Shown one piece after another: positions 14,141 through 22,228 of a DNA stretch of 24,000 bases. The notes below the pieces were generated by a model, which saw nothing but the letters and a program-made list of their open reading frames with translations, was not told the origin of the DNA and searched no databases. Position 1 is the stretch's first letter. The number at the start of each line of letters is the position of its first letter. A program made the position numbers and the translations under genes. Source of the DNA: Candidatus Bathyarchaeota archaeon (GTDB lineage Archaea; Thermoproteota; Bathyarchaeia; TCS64; CBFDTC01); assembly GCA_965612785.1 (NCBI GenBank), contig CBFDTC010000002.1:978-24977 (forward strand), written 5' to 3'.

Positions 14141-14167
14141 GTGTTGCGAAAAGTTTAAACGTAACAC
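14141..14167. promoter_or_regulatory. tfs promoter: a TATA-like box (AAAAGTTTAAA) bracketed by an 8-bp imperfect inverted repeat
   Basis: GTGTTGCG (14141-14148), then AAAAGTTTAAA, then CGTAACAC (14160-14167). The arms are reverse complements with one mismatch. The box is centred about 36 nt upstream of the tfs ATG at 14191. Confidence 0.45.
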
Positions 14168-14190
14168 ATTCGGTTTAGGAAAGAGCTTAG

Positions 14191-14517
14191 ATGAGGTTCT
14201 GCGTCAAGTGCGGCACGAGGATGAAGAGGAAGCTGGAGAAGGGTAAGCTCGTGTTCAAGTGCCCCGTCTGCGGGTACACGGAGGTCGGTGAGGGGACGCT
14301 CAGGAGCGAGGCCAAGAAACCCTCCAACGAGGGTGTTGTGGTCATAGGCAGGGACGAGGACAAGCTTAGGACCATGCCTCAGGTAAGGATAGAGTGCCCA
14401 AGATGCGGGCATATGAAGGCCTACTGGTGGATGGTTCAGACGAGGAGTATAGACGAGAGCCCAACACAGTTCTACAGGTGTGTTAAGTGCGGATACACTT
14501 GGCGTGAGTACAGCTAA
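14191..14517 (+). CDS. tfs: Transcription factor S (TFS; RNA polymerase subunit M-like transcript-cleavage factor)
   Basis: The N-terminal zinc ribbon is CVKCG..CPVCG. The C-terminal zinc ribbon is CPRCG...QTRSIDESPTQFYRCVKCG, which retains the acidic D-E hairpin. Confidence 0.92.
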   Translation: MRFCVKCGTRMKRKLEKGKLVFKCPVCGYTEVGEGTLRSEAKKPSNEGVVVIGRDEDKLRTMPQVRIECPRCGHMKAYWWMVQTRSIDESPTQFYRCVKCGYTWREYS

Positions 14518-14560
14518 AGCTCATCATATGTCGGAAACGTGGTGAAAAGGCCGTAAGGTA

Positions 14561-14806
14561 TTACGCATTAGGAGAACCTTTCTCCGGGCAGGCTTGATTA
14601 GGTTGACGAAGACGGTTGATAAGGTTGGAGTGACTGCGATGGTCTATCCAGTAGGATGCTGTCATGGCTGTCTGTTTACACGTATCGTTCACGCAGAAGT
14701 CGGGGTGATGTACTGTCTTTCCAAAAACCTTTTCAACCGAGTTGAGCAACACTTTACCTGTTCTCCATATTTTTCCACCATTTTCGTCCAAGGTCGTCCC
14801 AACCAT
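14561..14806 (-). CDS. Candidate orphan ORF (81 aa) inside a low-GC spacer; very uncertain
   Basis: An ATG at 14806 opens MVGTTLDENGGKIWRTGKVLLNSVEKVFGKTVHHPDFCVNDTCKQTAMTASYWIDHRSHSNLINRLRQPNQACPEKGSPNA. Codon use (GAA, AAA, AGA, CGT) is unlike the surrounding genes. I recognise no family, and a competing plus-strand ORF (14594..14812) covers the same DNA. Confidence 0.2.
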   Translation of the reverse strand: MVGTTLDENGGKIWRTGKVLLNSVEKVFGKTVHHPDFCVNDTCKQTAMTASYWIDHRSHSNLINRLRQPNQACPEKGSPNA

Positions 14807-14843
14807 GCCTGAACATTTAAGTTTTAATCCCCTCTGATAACAT

Positions 14844-15608
14844 GTGGTGTCCGGCTTGCTCAAGGCCACGCTCATAAACGCCGGCAGGTTCCAGAAGCTG
14901 GTGAAGGCTCTCTCCACGATAGTCGAGGAGGGCTGTTTTACGGCCGATGAGAACGGGCTCAGGCTCACGGCCCTGGATCCGTCCCACGTGGCTATGGTGG
15001 ACTTCAAGTACCCGAGGGAGGCGTTCGAGGAGTACGTCTGCGACGAGGAGCTGAAGATAGGCATGAACCTTCTGGAGTTTCTCAAGTTCCTCAAGAGGGT
15101 TGAGGGTGGGGAGAGGGTCACGCTCACGTACGATAAGGGTAAGGGCAAGCTCGAGATGACGTGTGAGAGGGGTGGCAGGGTTAGGTCGTTCATTATACCG
15201 ACCATAGAGGTCGTCGAGGAGGAGACCCCATCTCCGAAGGTCTTCTTCAAGGCAAGCGCCAAGATGCTGACGAAGAGCGTCGAGGGGGCCATAAAGGACG
15301 CTTCGCTCGTGAGCGACCACGTGAGGTTCGAGGTGAGCGAGGGGCAGCTTAAGATGAAGGCCGTCGGAGACCTTGGGACAGTCGAGGTGGTCTGGAAGGA
15401 GGGCTCGGACGAGCTGCTGGAGCTCGACGCAGAGGAGGACGTCCACGCCACCTTCAGCCTGAGCTTCCTTAGGGACATATTCAAGGCGGCTGGGAAGACT
15501 TCCGAGATAGTCGTTCTGGAGCTGTCCACGGACATGCCGATAAAGTTGGACTTCGCCATACCTGAAGGGAGACTGATATACTATCTCGCCCCATGTATAG
15601 GTGTATGA
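14844..15608 (+). CDS. pcn: DNA polymerase sliding clamp PCNA
   Basis: It has PCNA length and pattern: LKATLINAGRFQKLVKALSTIVEEGCFTADENGLRLTALDPSHVAMVDF...FSLSFLRDIFKA...PIKLDF...YYLAP. The start is ambiguous (GTG 14844 or 14847, or TTG 14856). The TATA-like TTTAAGTTTTAAT lies at 14815-14827. Confidence 0.9.
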   Translation: MVSGLLKATLINAGRFQKLVKALSTIVEEGCFTADENGLRLTALDPSHVAMVDFKYPREAFEEYVCDEELKIGMNLLEFLKFLKRVEGGERVTLTYDKGKGKLEMTCERGGRVRSFIIPTIEVVEEETPSPKVFFKASAKMLTKSVEGAIKDASLVSDHVRFEVSEGQLKMKAVGDLGTVEVVWKEGSDELLELDAEEDVHATFSLSFLRDIFKAAGKTSEIVVLELSTDMPIKLDFAIPEGRLIYYLAPCIGV

Positions 15609-16636
15609 GCCTAACCCCCCTCTCCTGGCACGCCAAATACCCGTTCTCCAGGAGGACGTTCGACCACCTGAGGGAGATAGGGTTCAAGCTCGAGGACGTG
15701 GCATCCACCGACAACCCCGTCGTCGAGAGGGCTCTGGGCAGGATAGACGAGGCCATAGAGAGGGGGGTTGTGGAGGACAGGGTTGAGGCAGGCCTCGTGG
15801 ACGCCATGTCCTTCCTCACGGCCGCCGCCATAGTCTCCTGGGCGGGTGAACCCCTCCTGATGAGGCGTTACGCCCTGGCCGAGGCGAAGAGGGCTGGACG
15901 GATACTCGTCAGAGAGAGCCTGAGGGACCTGATCTCGCTGGCGTCCAACACCTTCAGGTGGACGGTGAAGCCCGCTGGGCGTGAATGGCATCCCTACGAG
16001 GTGGCCGTACACGTGAAGGACTACCTGAGGAACGCCGTGCCGCTTAGGGCGGCTAAGTGGAAGCTCGTGAACAGGCTGGTGGACGGTGGGTACGTCTACG
16101 TGACCAAGGGGGAGGCCGCCAGGCTGCTCGAAGTCGAGGTTGAGAGACTCGTCACGGACATCGTCTCGGACTTCTCGGCGTCTCGGATGCCGGACGGCTT
16201 CAGGAAGGCGGTTGAGGAGGTTAAGGCGAAGTTCTCCGAGAAGAGGCCGTACGAGGTTGCCCAGCCCCTCGGAGGCGTCAAGGTCGAGGCTTTTCCGCCG
16301 TGTATGAAGGCCATGTACTCCAAGCTGAGGGCTGGCGCCAAGCTCTCCCACATGGAGAGGTTCTCGATAACAGCCTTCCTCATAGGGATCGGGATGGACT
16401 TGAAGGACATATTCAGCCTTTTCACATCCGTCTCAGACTTCGACGAGAGGCTGACGTGGTACCAGATAAGGCACATAGCGGGCCAGGTCGGAGGCGGAAC
16501 GAAGTACTCCCCACCGAAGTGTGAGACGCTGAAGACCCACGGCCTGTGCGTACAGCCTGACAGGCTCTGCGGTAGGATAAGGCATCCGATAAGCTACTAC
16601 AGGATAAAGGTGAGGGGTGCCAAGCGTGGAGGCTGA
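15605..16636 (+). CDS. priL: DNA primase large (regulatory) subunit PriL
   Basis: N-terminal KYPFSRRT.. begins a helical domain. The C-terminal Fe-S domain has Cys ligands at FPPCM, PPKCETLKTHGLC and LCG. ATG 15605 overlaps the PCNA stop (ATGA). Confidence 0.88.
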   Translation: MSLTPLSWHAKYPFSRRTFDHLREIGFKLEDVASTDNPVVERALGRIDEAIERGVVEDRVEAGLVDAMSFLTAAAIVSWAGEPLLMRRYALAEAKRAGRILVRESLRDLISLASNTFRWTVKPAGREWHPYEVAVHVKDYLRNAVPLRAAKWKLVNRLVDGGYVYVTKGEAARLLEVEVERLVTDIVSDFSASRMPDGFRKAVEEVKAKFSEKRPYEVAQPLGGVKVEAFPPCMKAMYSKLRAGAKLSHMERFSITAFLIGIGMDLKDIFSLFTSVSDFDERLTWYQIRHIAGQVGGGTKYSPPKCETLKTHGLCVQPDRLCGRIRHPISYYRIKVRGAKRGG

Positions 16637-17846
16637 GACCCTCAGGTTCGTGCGGGAGATGTTCAAGAGGTACTACACGGAGCGCATGGGCGAGATAACG
16701 CCGCCCTCGAGGATGGAGCTCAGGGAGTTCGGGTTCCTGGAGTTCGGGGAGAAGATGATGATAAGACACAAGGCCTTCAGAACCCCGGAGGAGCTTCGGG
16801 CCTTCATAGCCCAACACGTCCCGGCGCACGTCTACTACTCCTCAGCCTACTACAGGGACCCCGAGGCCGACATGGAGCTGAAGGGGTGGCTCGGCGCCGA
16901 CCTCGTGTTCGACATAGACGCAGACCACATACCGACCCCATGCAAGGAGAAACACGACAGGTGGGCCTGCAGGGAGTGTGGGACGGCCGGCAGGGGGATG
17001 GCCCCGGACAGGTGTCCCTCCTGCGGGGGCGTCGTCGAGTCCGAGGTGTGGTTCTGCGACATGTGTCTGGAGGCGGCCAAGGAGGAGACACTCAAGCTTC
17101 TGGACATACTCGTCCAGGACTTCGGACTCTCCTACGGGGAGCTGAGCGTGTGCTTCTCGGGACACAGGGGGTACCACGTCCACGTCGAGGACGAGACCCT
17201 GAAGGAGCTGGGGAGGGAGGAGAGGAGGGAGATAGTGGACTACGTACGCGGACAGGGGATAGAGGCAGACCTCCACGGCGTCCTGGAGAAGCCGGACCTC
17301 ACGTCGCCGGGGTGGAGGGGGCGCCTCGCCAGGGGCATGTACGAGGTCCTGCTGAGGTACGGGGAGGAGGACTTCAAGAGGATGGGCCTGAAACCCCGAG
17401 TGGTCAAGGCCCTAACATCCAAGAGAGACGCCATACTGAGGAGGATCGAGGAGGGCCTACAGCTCGACTCCGTACCCGGCGTGGGAGAGGCGTCCTGGAA
17501 GGTCATAGCCATGGAGGCCGCCAGGGAGTGCGGGGCGCTCGTCGACACGGTCGTCACGGCGGACGTTCACAGGCTGATAAGGATGCCCTCCACACTCCAC
17601 GGGAAGACCGGTTTCAGGACCGTTGAGGCCCCTGTCAAGGGTCTCGAAGGTTTCGACCCGTTGAGAGAGGCTGTGGCATTTAAGGGTGGGAGCGTTAAGG
17701 TTTTTGTGGAGAGGGCGTTGAGGTTCAGGGTTGGAGACGTTTTCTACGGTCCATTCGAGAAAGAGGTTGTGGAACTCCCCATCCAACCCGCCCTCCTCCT
17801 TCTCTGCAAGGGTGTTGCGAGGTTGGTGGAGGTTGGAGAGGTATAA
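16617..17846 (+). CDS. priS: DNA primase small (catalytic) subunit PriS
   Basis: LRFVREMFKRYY and REFGF are present. The catalytic motif is DLVFDIDADH. The zinc knuckle is CRECG..CPSCG. SGHRGYHVHV and DVHRLIRMPSTLHGKTG follow. The start is GTG 16617 or GTG 16626, and both overlap the priL 3' end. Confidence 0.9.
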   Translation: MPSVEAETLRFVREMFKRYYTERMGEITPPSRMELREFGFLEFGEKMMIRHKAFRTPEELRAFIAQHVPAHVYYSSAYYRDPEADMELKGWLGADLVFDIDADHIPTPCKEKHDRWACRECGTAGRGMAPDRCPSCGGVVESEVWFCDMCLEAAKEETLKLLDILVQDFGLSYGELSVCFSGHRGYHVHVEDETLKELGREERREIVDYVRGQGIEADLHGVLEKPDLTSPGWRGRLARGMYEVLLRYGEEDFKRMGLKPRVVKALTSKRDAILRRIEEGLQLDSVPGVGEASWKVIAMEAARECGALVDTVVTADVHRLIRMPSTLHGKTGFRTVEAPVKGLEGFDPLREAVAFKGGSVKVFVERALRFRVGDVFYGPFEKEVVELPIQPALLLLCKGVARLVEVGEV

Positions 17847-18390
17847 GCGCCTCCAGGAGGCCCTGAAGAAGGAGGCTGAGAACCCCGAGGTGCAGGCAGT
17901 CCCCCCCAACCTGTACAGGGAGCTCGCCGATTACATGAAGTCCCTCAGGTCCGAGGTGAGGATGGTCTCCCCCGAATCCCTCAGGGGCCAGCTCGTCAGG
18001 AGGGAGCTGGAGGTCGTCGAGCGTATGGTCAAGCAGCTCCTCGAGCTGAGGATGCGTAAGATACTCTCGGCGCTCACGGAGGGGGTCAAGCCCCCGGCTG
18101 AGAGGCTCACCGTCGAGGAGAGGCGTGTCGTGGACGCCGTGGAGAGGGCCTTGGAGGAGTTCAGGGGAATGGTCGAGGACATCCTGATGGGGAGGCCTCC
18201 GAAGGCCCCGGCTGAGAGGCCTGCCGACGTCAAGATGGTTAGGATTTTAAAGCCCCTCCCCCAGATAGTTGGGTCAGACATGAAGGTGTACGGTCCCTTC
18301 AAGCCCGAGGACATAGTCCTGTTGCCCGTTAGGGATGCTGAAAACTTAATTAGGGGCGGGGTTGCTGTGGAGGTGGAGGTCGAGGGATGA
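17833..18390 (+). CDS. gins15: GINS complex subunit Gins15 (Gins51)
   Basis: It has a helical A domain (YKRLQEALKKE...LYRELADYMKSLR...) and a small B domain (VRILKPLPQIVGSDMKVYGPFKPEDIVLLPVRDAENLIRGGVA). It sits directly after priS, as in other archaea. The start is tentatively TTG 17833, because the track's ATG at 17731 lies deep inside priS. Confidence 0.8.
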   Translation: MERYKRLQEALKKEAENPEVQAVPPNLYRELADYMKSLRSEVRMVSPESLRGQLVRRELEVVERMVKQLLELRMRKILSALTEGVKPPAERLTVEERRVVDAVERALEEFRGMVEDILMGRPPKAPAERPADVKMVRILKPLPQIVGSDMKVYGPFKPEDIVLLPVRDAENLIRGGVAVEVEVEG

Positions 18391-18662
18391 AGGTTCCGAG
18401 CGTGATTAGGACGTACTGCCCGAGGTGTAACGCCCACACGGAGCATTCAGTTAGCCTGTACAAGCACGGCCGTAGAAGCAAGCTCCGCTGGGGTGAGAGG
18501 AGGCACGAGGAGGACAAGCACGGGTACGGGGGACAGAAGTACCCAATTCAGAGGAAGTTTGCTAAGACGACGAAGAAGCAGACGCTGAAGCTCGTCTGCA
18601 AGGTCTGTGGCTACACGAGACACAGGGAGGGCATAAGGCTCAAGAAGCTCGTCATAGAGTGA
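18387..18662 (+). CDS. rpl44e: Ribosomal protein L44e (eL42)
   Basis: MKVPSVIRTYCPRCNAHTEH...GYGGQ..P...K.AKTTKK..LKL.C..CG fits the family. The ATG overlaps the gins15 stop (ATGA). Confidence 0.92.
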   Translation: MKVPSVIRTYCPRCNAHTEHSVSLYKHGRRSKLRWGERRHEEDKHGYGGQKYPIQRKFAKTTKKQTLKLVCKVCGYTRHREGIRLKKLVIE

Positions 18663-18668
18663 TGGGCC

Positions 18669-18866
18669 ATGTCCGACATAAGCGAGCTGATACCGAGGCC
18701 GAAATCCCGGTTCCTGCTCGTAAGATGTCCGGAATGCGGTAAGGAGCAGATAGTTTTCAGCCACGCCAAGATGGTCGTGAAGTGCAACTCATGCGGCTTC
18801 GTGTTGGCCGAGCCGAGGGGTGGCAAAGCGAAGATAAACGGCGAGATACTGACCGTCCTGGGGTGA
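18669..18866 (+). CDS. rps27e: Ribosomal protein S27e
   Basis: [42 protein letters not shown] is a C4 zinc ribbon typical of S27e. Confidence 0.92.
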   Translation: MSDISELIPRPKSRFLLVRCPECGKEQIVFSHAKMVVKCNSCGFVLAEPRGGKAKINGEILTVLG

Positions 18867-18872
18867 CGACGC

Positions 18873-19658
18873 ATGGCTGAGGAGGATGTCTGGCCTGAGG
18901 TCGGGGAGCTCGTCGTCGCCACGGTGAAACGCATCGTCCCCTACGGGGCGTACGTGGAGCTCGACGAGTACGGCGGGAAGGAGGGTCTCATACACATCTC
19001 TGAGATATCGTCCAGCTGGGTTAGGAACATAAGGCACTTCGTCAGGGAAGGCCAGAAAGTGGTCCTACAGGTCCTGAGGGTCGACAAGGCCAAGGGTCAC
19101 ATAGACCTCTCGCTGAGGAGGGTCAGCAAGTCCGAGAGGCGTAGGAGGATGCTGGAGTACAAGCGGGAGAGGAAGGCCGAGTCCGTCATAATAACCGCAG
19201 CCGAGAGGCTTGGAATGGCCCCTGAAGAGCTGTTCGACATGGTTGGGGACAAGCTTCTGGAGGTGTACGACACGCTGTACGAGGGCATGATAGCGGTTAT
19301 CAAGAAGGGTCCAGAGATGTTGGAGAAGCTCGGCGTCCCACCGGACATCGCCAAGGTCGTGGCGGACGTAGCCTCCAAGAAGGTTAGGATACCCATGGTA
19401 AAGATATCCGGGACGCTCACCCTAACCTGCTACAAGCCCGACGGCGTCAAGTCGATAAAGGAGGCCCTGATATCCGCGGAGAAGAGTGCCTCCAGGGGCG
19501 TCGAGGTCAGGGTCTACACGGTAGGCCCTCCGAAGTACAAGATTGAGGTTAAGGCTGAGAACTACAAGAAGGCTGAGAAGGCCTTGAGCAGGGCTGTGGA
19601 GAAGGCGTTAGCGGTCATAAAGGCTCGGGGAGGCTCCGGAAGCTTTGAGAGGGACTGA
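18873..19658 (+). CDS. eif2a: Translation initiation factor aIF2 alpha subunit
   Basis: The N-terminal S1 domain is PEVGELVVATVKRIVPYGAYVELDEYGGKEGLIHISEISSSWVRNIRHFV. Helical and alpha-beta domains of the expected length follow. Confidence 0.92.
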   Translation: MAEEDVWPEVGELVVATVKRIVPYGAYVELDEYGGKEGLIHISEISSSWVRNIRHFVREGQKVVLQVLRVDKAKGHIDLSLRRVSKSERRRRMLEYKRERKAESVIITAAERLGMAPEELFDMVGDKLLEVYDTLYEGMIAVIKKGPEMLEKLGVPPDIAKVVADVASKKVRIPMVKISGTLTLTCYKPDGVKSIKEALISAEKSASRGVEVRVYTVGPPKYKIEVKAENYKKAEKALSRAVEKALAVIKARGGSGSFERD

Positions 19659-19661
19659 GTT

Positions 19662-19835
19662 ATGGTGTGGCTTCTCAGGAGATGCGAGGTCTGTGGGAGG
19701 TACACCCTGAGGAAAGACCGGTGCCCTGCCTGTGGGGGGCCTGTGAGGGTCCCTCATCCGGCGAGGTTTTCCCCGGACGACAGGTACCTAAGGTACAAGA
19801 TTATGGCTAAGAGGTCTACTCGACCTTCACGTTGA
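19662..19835 (+). CDS. nop10: H/ACA RNP protein Nop10 (57 aa; absent from the supplied ORF track)
   Basis: My hand translation is [57 protein letters not shown]. It shows the Nop10 zinc ribbon (CxxC..CxxC) and the HPxRFSPxDxY motif. It starts 3 nt after the aIF2alpha stop, and its 3' end overlaps the convergent L5 gene by 20 nt. Confidence 0.85.
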   Translation: MVWLLRRCEVCGRYTLRKDRCPACGGPVRVPHPARFSPDDRYLRYKIMAKRSTRPSR

Positions 19836-20346
19836 ACTTCTCCTCGATGAACCTTATGGCCTCCTCCCTGGAGACCCTGTGCTTCCTTGGAACCTTTGCC
19901 CTACACCTCTTACGTCTCATTATCCTGTAGCCGGGTCTCTCCACGGAGACGCAGACGTCCATCCCGAATATGCCGACCTTCGGGTCGTACTTGGTTCCGG
20001 GTATGTCTATGTGCTCCCTTATGCCGAAGGAGAAGTTCCCGTACTCGTCGAAGGAGGATGCCTTAAGCCTTCTTCCAACGGCCTCCAAAGCCCTGTCCAG
20101 AAACTCAACGGCTTTCTCCCCTCTCAGCGTCACGACGCAGGCTATGGGCTCCCCCTTCCTTATCCCGAAGGGCTTTATCGTCTTCTTAGCCCTCCTCACG
20201 CAGGGCTTCTGACCCGTCAACTCCTCCAGAACCTTCATGGCCCTCTCCAACGGCTCCCCCGAGGTGCCCACGCATATGTTGACGACCACCTTCCCGATCC
20301 TCGGCTGGAGCATCGGGTTCTGCTTCGGGGCCTCCTCGCCCATCAT
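19816..20346 (-). CDS. rpl5: Ribosomal protein L5 (uL5)
   Basis: [35 protein letters not shown]...[20 protein letters not shown] matches the family. Confidence 0.93.
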   Translation of the reverse strand: MMGEEAPKQNPMLQPRIGKVVVNICVGTSGEPLERAMKVLEELTGQKPCVRRAKKTIKPFGIRKGEPIACVVTLRGEKAVEFLDRALEAVGRRLKASSFDEYGNFSFGIREHIDIPGTKYDPKVGIFGMDVCVSVERPGYRIMRRKRCRAKVPRKHRVSREEAIRFIEEKFNVKVE

Positions 20347-21086
20347 GGACCACCCGGCAGGGATATCAGGGGCTTCTCGACGCCTAAGGCGAACACGTAC
20401 TCTCTAACCGTCTCGAACGTCGAGCCGTCGACTCTCCGAAGCTTCACGGTCCAGGGTTTGAGCATGCTCCCCCTGGAGACCTCGACGACCCTGCCCACCT
20501 CACCCATCCTCCTACCCCACGTGACGATGGCGTACACCCCCTCGCCGAACTTTATGTGCTCCAGGACCTCCTGCTCCGGTATCGATATCTTGAGAACGTC
20601 GTAGGTCTTGTACACGTCTTCGACGGGGTTCCTCGGGTTTTCGACCCTTATCAGGACGTTCCTGCCGTCGTGGAGGTTCAGCTGTATGTGTCCACCCTTC
20701 ACGGTCGTCTTGTTCTCTATCCTGCAAAGCTTGAACCCCTTCTCCTCCTCACCCACAGGATGCAGCACGAACCGCCCCTTCCCGGGTAGAACCCTGTAAG
20801 CCTCTCCGGCGTCGGGTACCTCGACGACGTCCATCAGGCCGACGGGGTACTTGGGGTCCCTCCTGACCTTGCCGTCTATGAGGAACCTCCCCTCCTTTAT
20901 GAGTATCCTCGCCTCCCTGCTCGTCTCGGCGTACCCCAAGACATCCCTTACAAGAACCAGCAGCGGTATACATGCCTCCTGTGGATGTGGTCCTGGTCTG
21001 GGCTTTACGGTCCACACGGCCTCCTTACGCTTTATCGGCCAAGTCCTCGGAGCCGGAAGCCTCTTAAGGTGTCTGGACCCCATCAC
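20343..21086 (-). CDS. rps4e: Ribosomal protein S4e
   Basis: [29 protein letters not shown] is followed by a KOW-like central region. The gene overlaps L5 and L24 by 4 nt each. Confidence 0.93.
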   Translation of the reverse strand: MMGSRHLKRLPAPRTWPIKRKEAVWTVKPRPGPHPQEACIPLLVLVRDVLGYAETSREARILIKEGRFLIDGKVRRDPKYPVGLMDVVEVPDAGEAYRVLPGKGRFVLHPVGEEEKGFKLCRIENKTTVKGGHIQLNLHDGRNVLIRVENPRNPVEDVYKTYDVLKISIPEQEVLEHIKFGEGVYAIVTWGRRMGEVGRVVEVSRGSMLKPWTVKLRRVDGSTFETVREYVFALGVEKPLISLPGGP

Positions 21087-21475
21087 TCCGCACCAACCTT
21101 AGCCTCGTATCCTCTACGCTTCAGGATTTTCCTCCTCCAGTCATCCAACTTGAGCTCGGTTATCATCACGTTGCAGGGTCTTATCGGTATCGGGACGGTT
21201 GAGCCGTCAGCCTTCTCCCGGGTCAGGCCCTCGATGTATATGAAGCCCTTCTTAGTGTCCACTCTTATGACTTTCCCCTCCCTCATCTTATAGTCCCCCT
21301 TCAGCACCATCACAACGTCGTCCTTCCTCACGGTCATAGTCCTCACACCGTACTCGGCCCTGAGCCTCGGGGAAAGCGGGGCGGACAGAAACTTCCTCCT
21401 TATGTGGTGTGGGGCGTTGTACAGCCTCTTACGGGCCTTCCCAGGCTTCCTCGTCTTCATCTTGGCCACACCCAT
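21083..21475 (-). CDS. rpl24: Ribosomal protein L24 (uL24)
   Basis: KTRKPGKARKRLYNAPHHIRRKFLSAPLSPRLRAEYGVRTMTVRKDDVVMVLKGDYKMREGKV contains a KOW motif. The start is ambiguous (ATG 21475, GTG 21469 or ATG 21460). The track extension to 21550 overlaps L14 and is rejected. An SD-like GGGGGTGAT lies just upstream. Confidence 0.88.
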   Translation of the reverse strand: MGVAKMKTRKPGKARKRLYNAPHHIRRKFLSAPLSPRLRAEYGVRTMTVRKDDVVMVLKGDYKMREGKVIRVDTKKGFIYIEGLTREKADGSTVPIPIRPCNVMITELKLDDWRRKILKRRGYEAKVGAE

Positions 21476-21483
21476 CACCCCCT

Positions 21484-21903
21484 CTACACCACCATGCCCG
21501 CTATGCTGGCTATCTTGGGCCACTTGTCCACGGCCTCCCTGGCGACGCAACCCTTTATGGCGGAGCCCTTAGGCGTCCCGTCGGGCGTCATGATGACGGC
21601 GGCGTTGTCCTCGAACTGTATCCAGGTTCCATCCGGCCTCCTGTACGGTTTTCGCTGCCTCACTATGACGGCTGGGAACAGCTGTCCCTTCATGTCCGGC
21701 GGCCCGTCCCTGACGGAGACTATGACCAGGTCTCCGACGCCTATGGCCGGCCTACGTCTCTTACGGCCCTTGTAGCCGACGAGCTGGATTATCTTCAGCT
21801 TCTTGGCTCCCGTGTTGTCTGCGCAGACGACTATGGAGCCTATCGAAAGTCCTCCTGAGACCCGCCTCCCACTGGCCTGTTTCAGTCCTCCCTTAACCGG
21901 CAC
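21484..21903 (-). CDS. rpl14: Ribosomal protein L14 (uL14)
   Basis: [22 protein letters not shown]...[15 protein letters not shown]...[25 protein letters not shown] matches the family. It starts at GTG. Confidence 0.92.
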   Translation of the reverse strand: MPVKGGLKQASGRRVSGGLSIGSIVVCADNTGAKKLKIIQLVGYKGRKRRRPAIGVGDLVIVSVRDGPPDMKGQLFPAVIVRQRKPYRRPDGTWIQFEDNAAVIMTPDGTPKGSAIKGCVAREAVDKWPKIASIAGMVV

Positions 21904-22228
21904 GCTTACCCTCCTCCAGCTTCTCTATGACCACGAAAGCTTTTGTCTTGCTCAAAGGCCTACACTCGGCTATGCGAACCCTGTCGCCGACCCTGGCGTC
22001 TATGCAAGGCGGGTTGTGGGCTGGTATTCGGCTCCTCCTACGCTCGTACCTCTTGTACTTCCTGTCATACTTCAGGTAGTCCACGCGGACTATGACCGTC
22101 TTCTGCATCTTGTCGCTGACGACGGTCCCCTCGAGCACTATCCCCCTTACCTTCAGGTTCCCGTGGAACGGGCAGTTCTTGTCGTCGCACTTCCTAGCAG
22201 GCGGCTTTACACCTTCCAGACCTACCAA
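21893..22228 (-). CDS. rps17: Ribosomal protein S17 (uS17)
   Basis: [60 protein letters not shown] matches the family. The TTG start overlaps the Rpp29 stop. Confidence 0.92.
   Translation of the reverse strand: MVGLEGVKPPARKCDDKNCPFHGNLKVRGIVLEGTVVSDKMQKTVIVRVDYLKYDRKYKRYERRRSRIPAHNPPCIDARVGDRVRIAECRPLSKTKAFVVIEKLEEGKRAG

Noticed and set aside
14470-14535. C/D box sRNA on the minus strand, starting at ATGATGA (complement of 14521-14527)
   Set aside because: No D or D' box (CTGA) occurs at the expected spacing downstream. The candidate would lie mostly inside the tfs coding sequence.
14817-15559. Minus-strand ORFs of 332 aa and 209 aa across pcna
   Set aside because: These are antisense shadows of PCNA, with Ser-rich or Leu-rich low-complexity translations. 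Only the 14561-14806 portion outside pcna is retained, as a very low-confidence candidate.
15611-17909. Multiple long alternative-frame ORFs within priL and priS (for example 15611..16351 minus, 16886..17626 plus, 16842..17276 minus, 17457..17909 minus)
   Set aside because: Their Arg/Gly/Pro-rich translations are typical of off-frame reading of GC-rich coding DNA. The primase subunits account for the region.
19879-20604. 241-aa plus-strand ORF antisense to rpl5 and rps4e
   Set aside because: It is a shadow ORF spanning two well-supported ribosomal protein genes.
21476-21550. N-terminal extension of the L24 track ORF ([12 protein letters not shown]...)
   Set aside because: It overlaps the 3' end of rpl14 in another frame. 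L24 homology begins at KTRKPGKARKRLYNAP.
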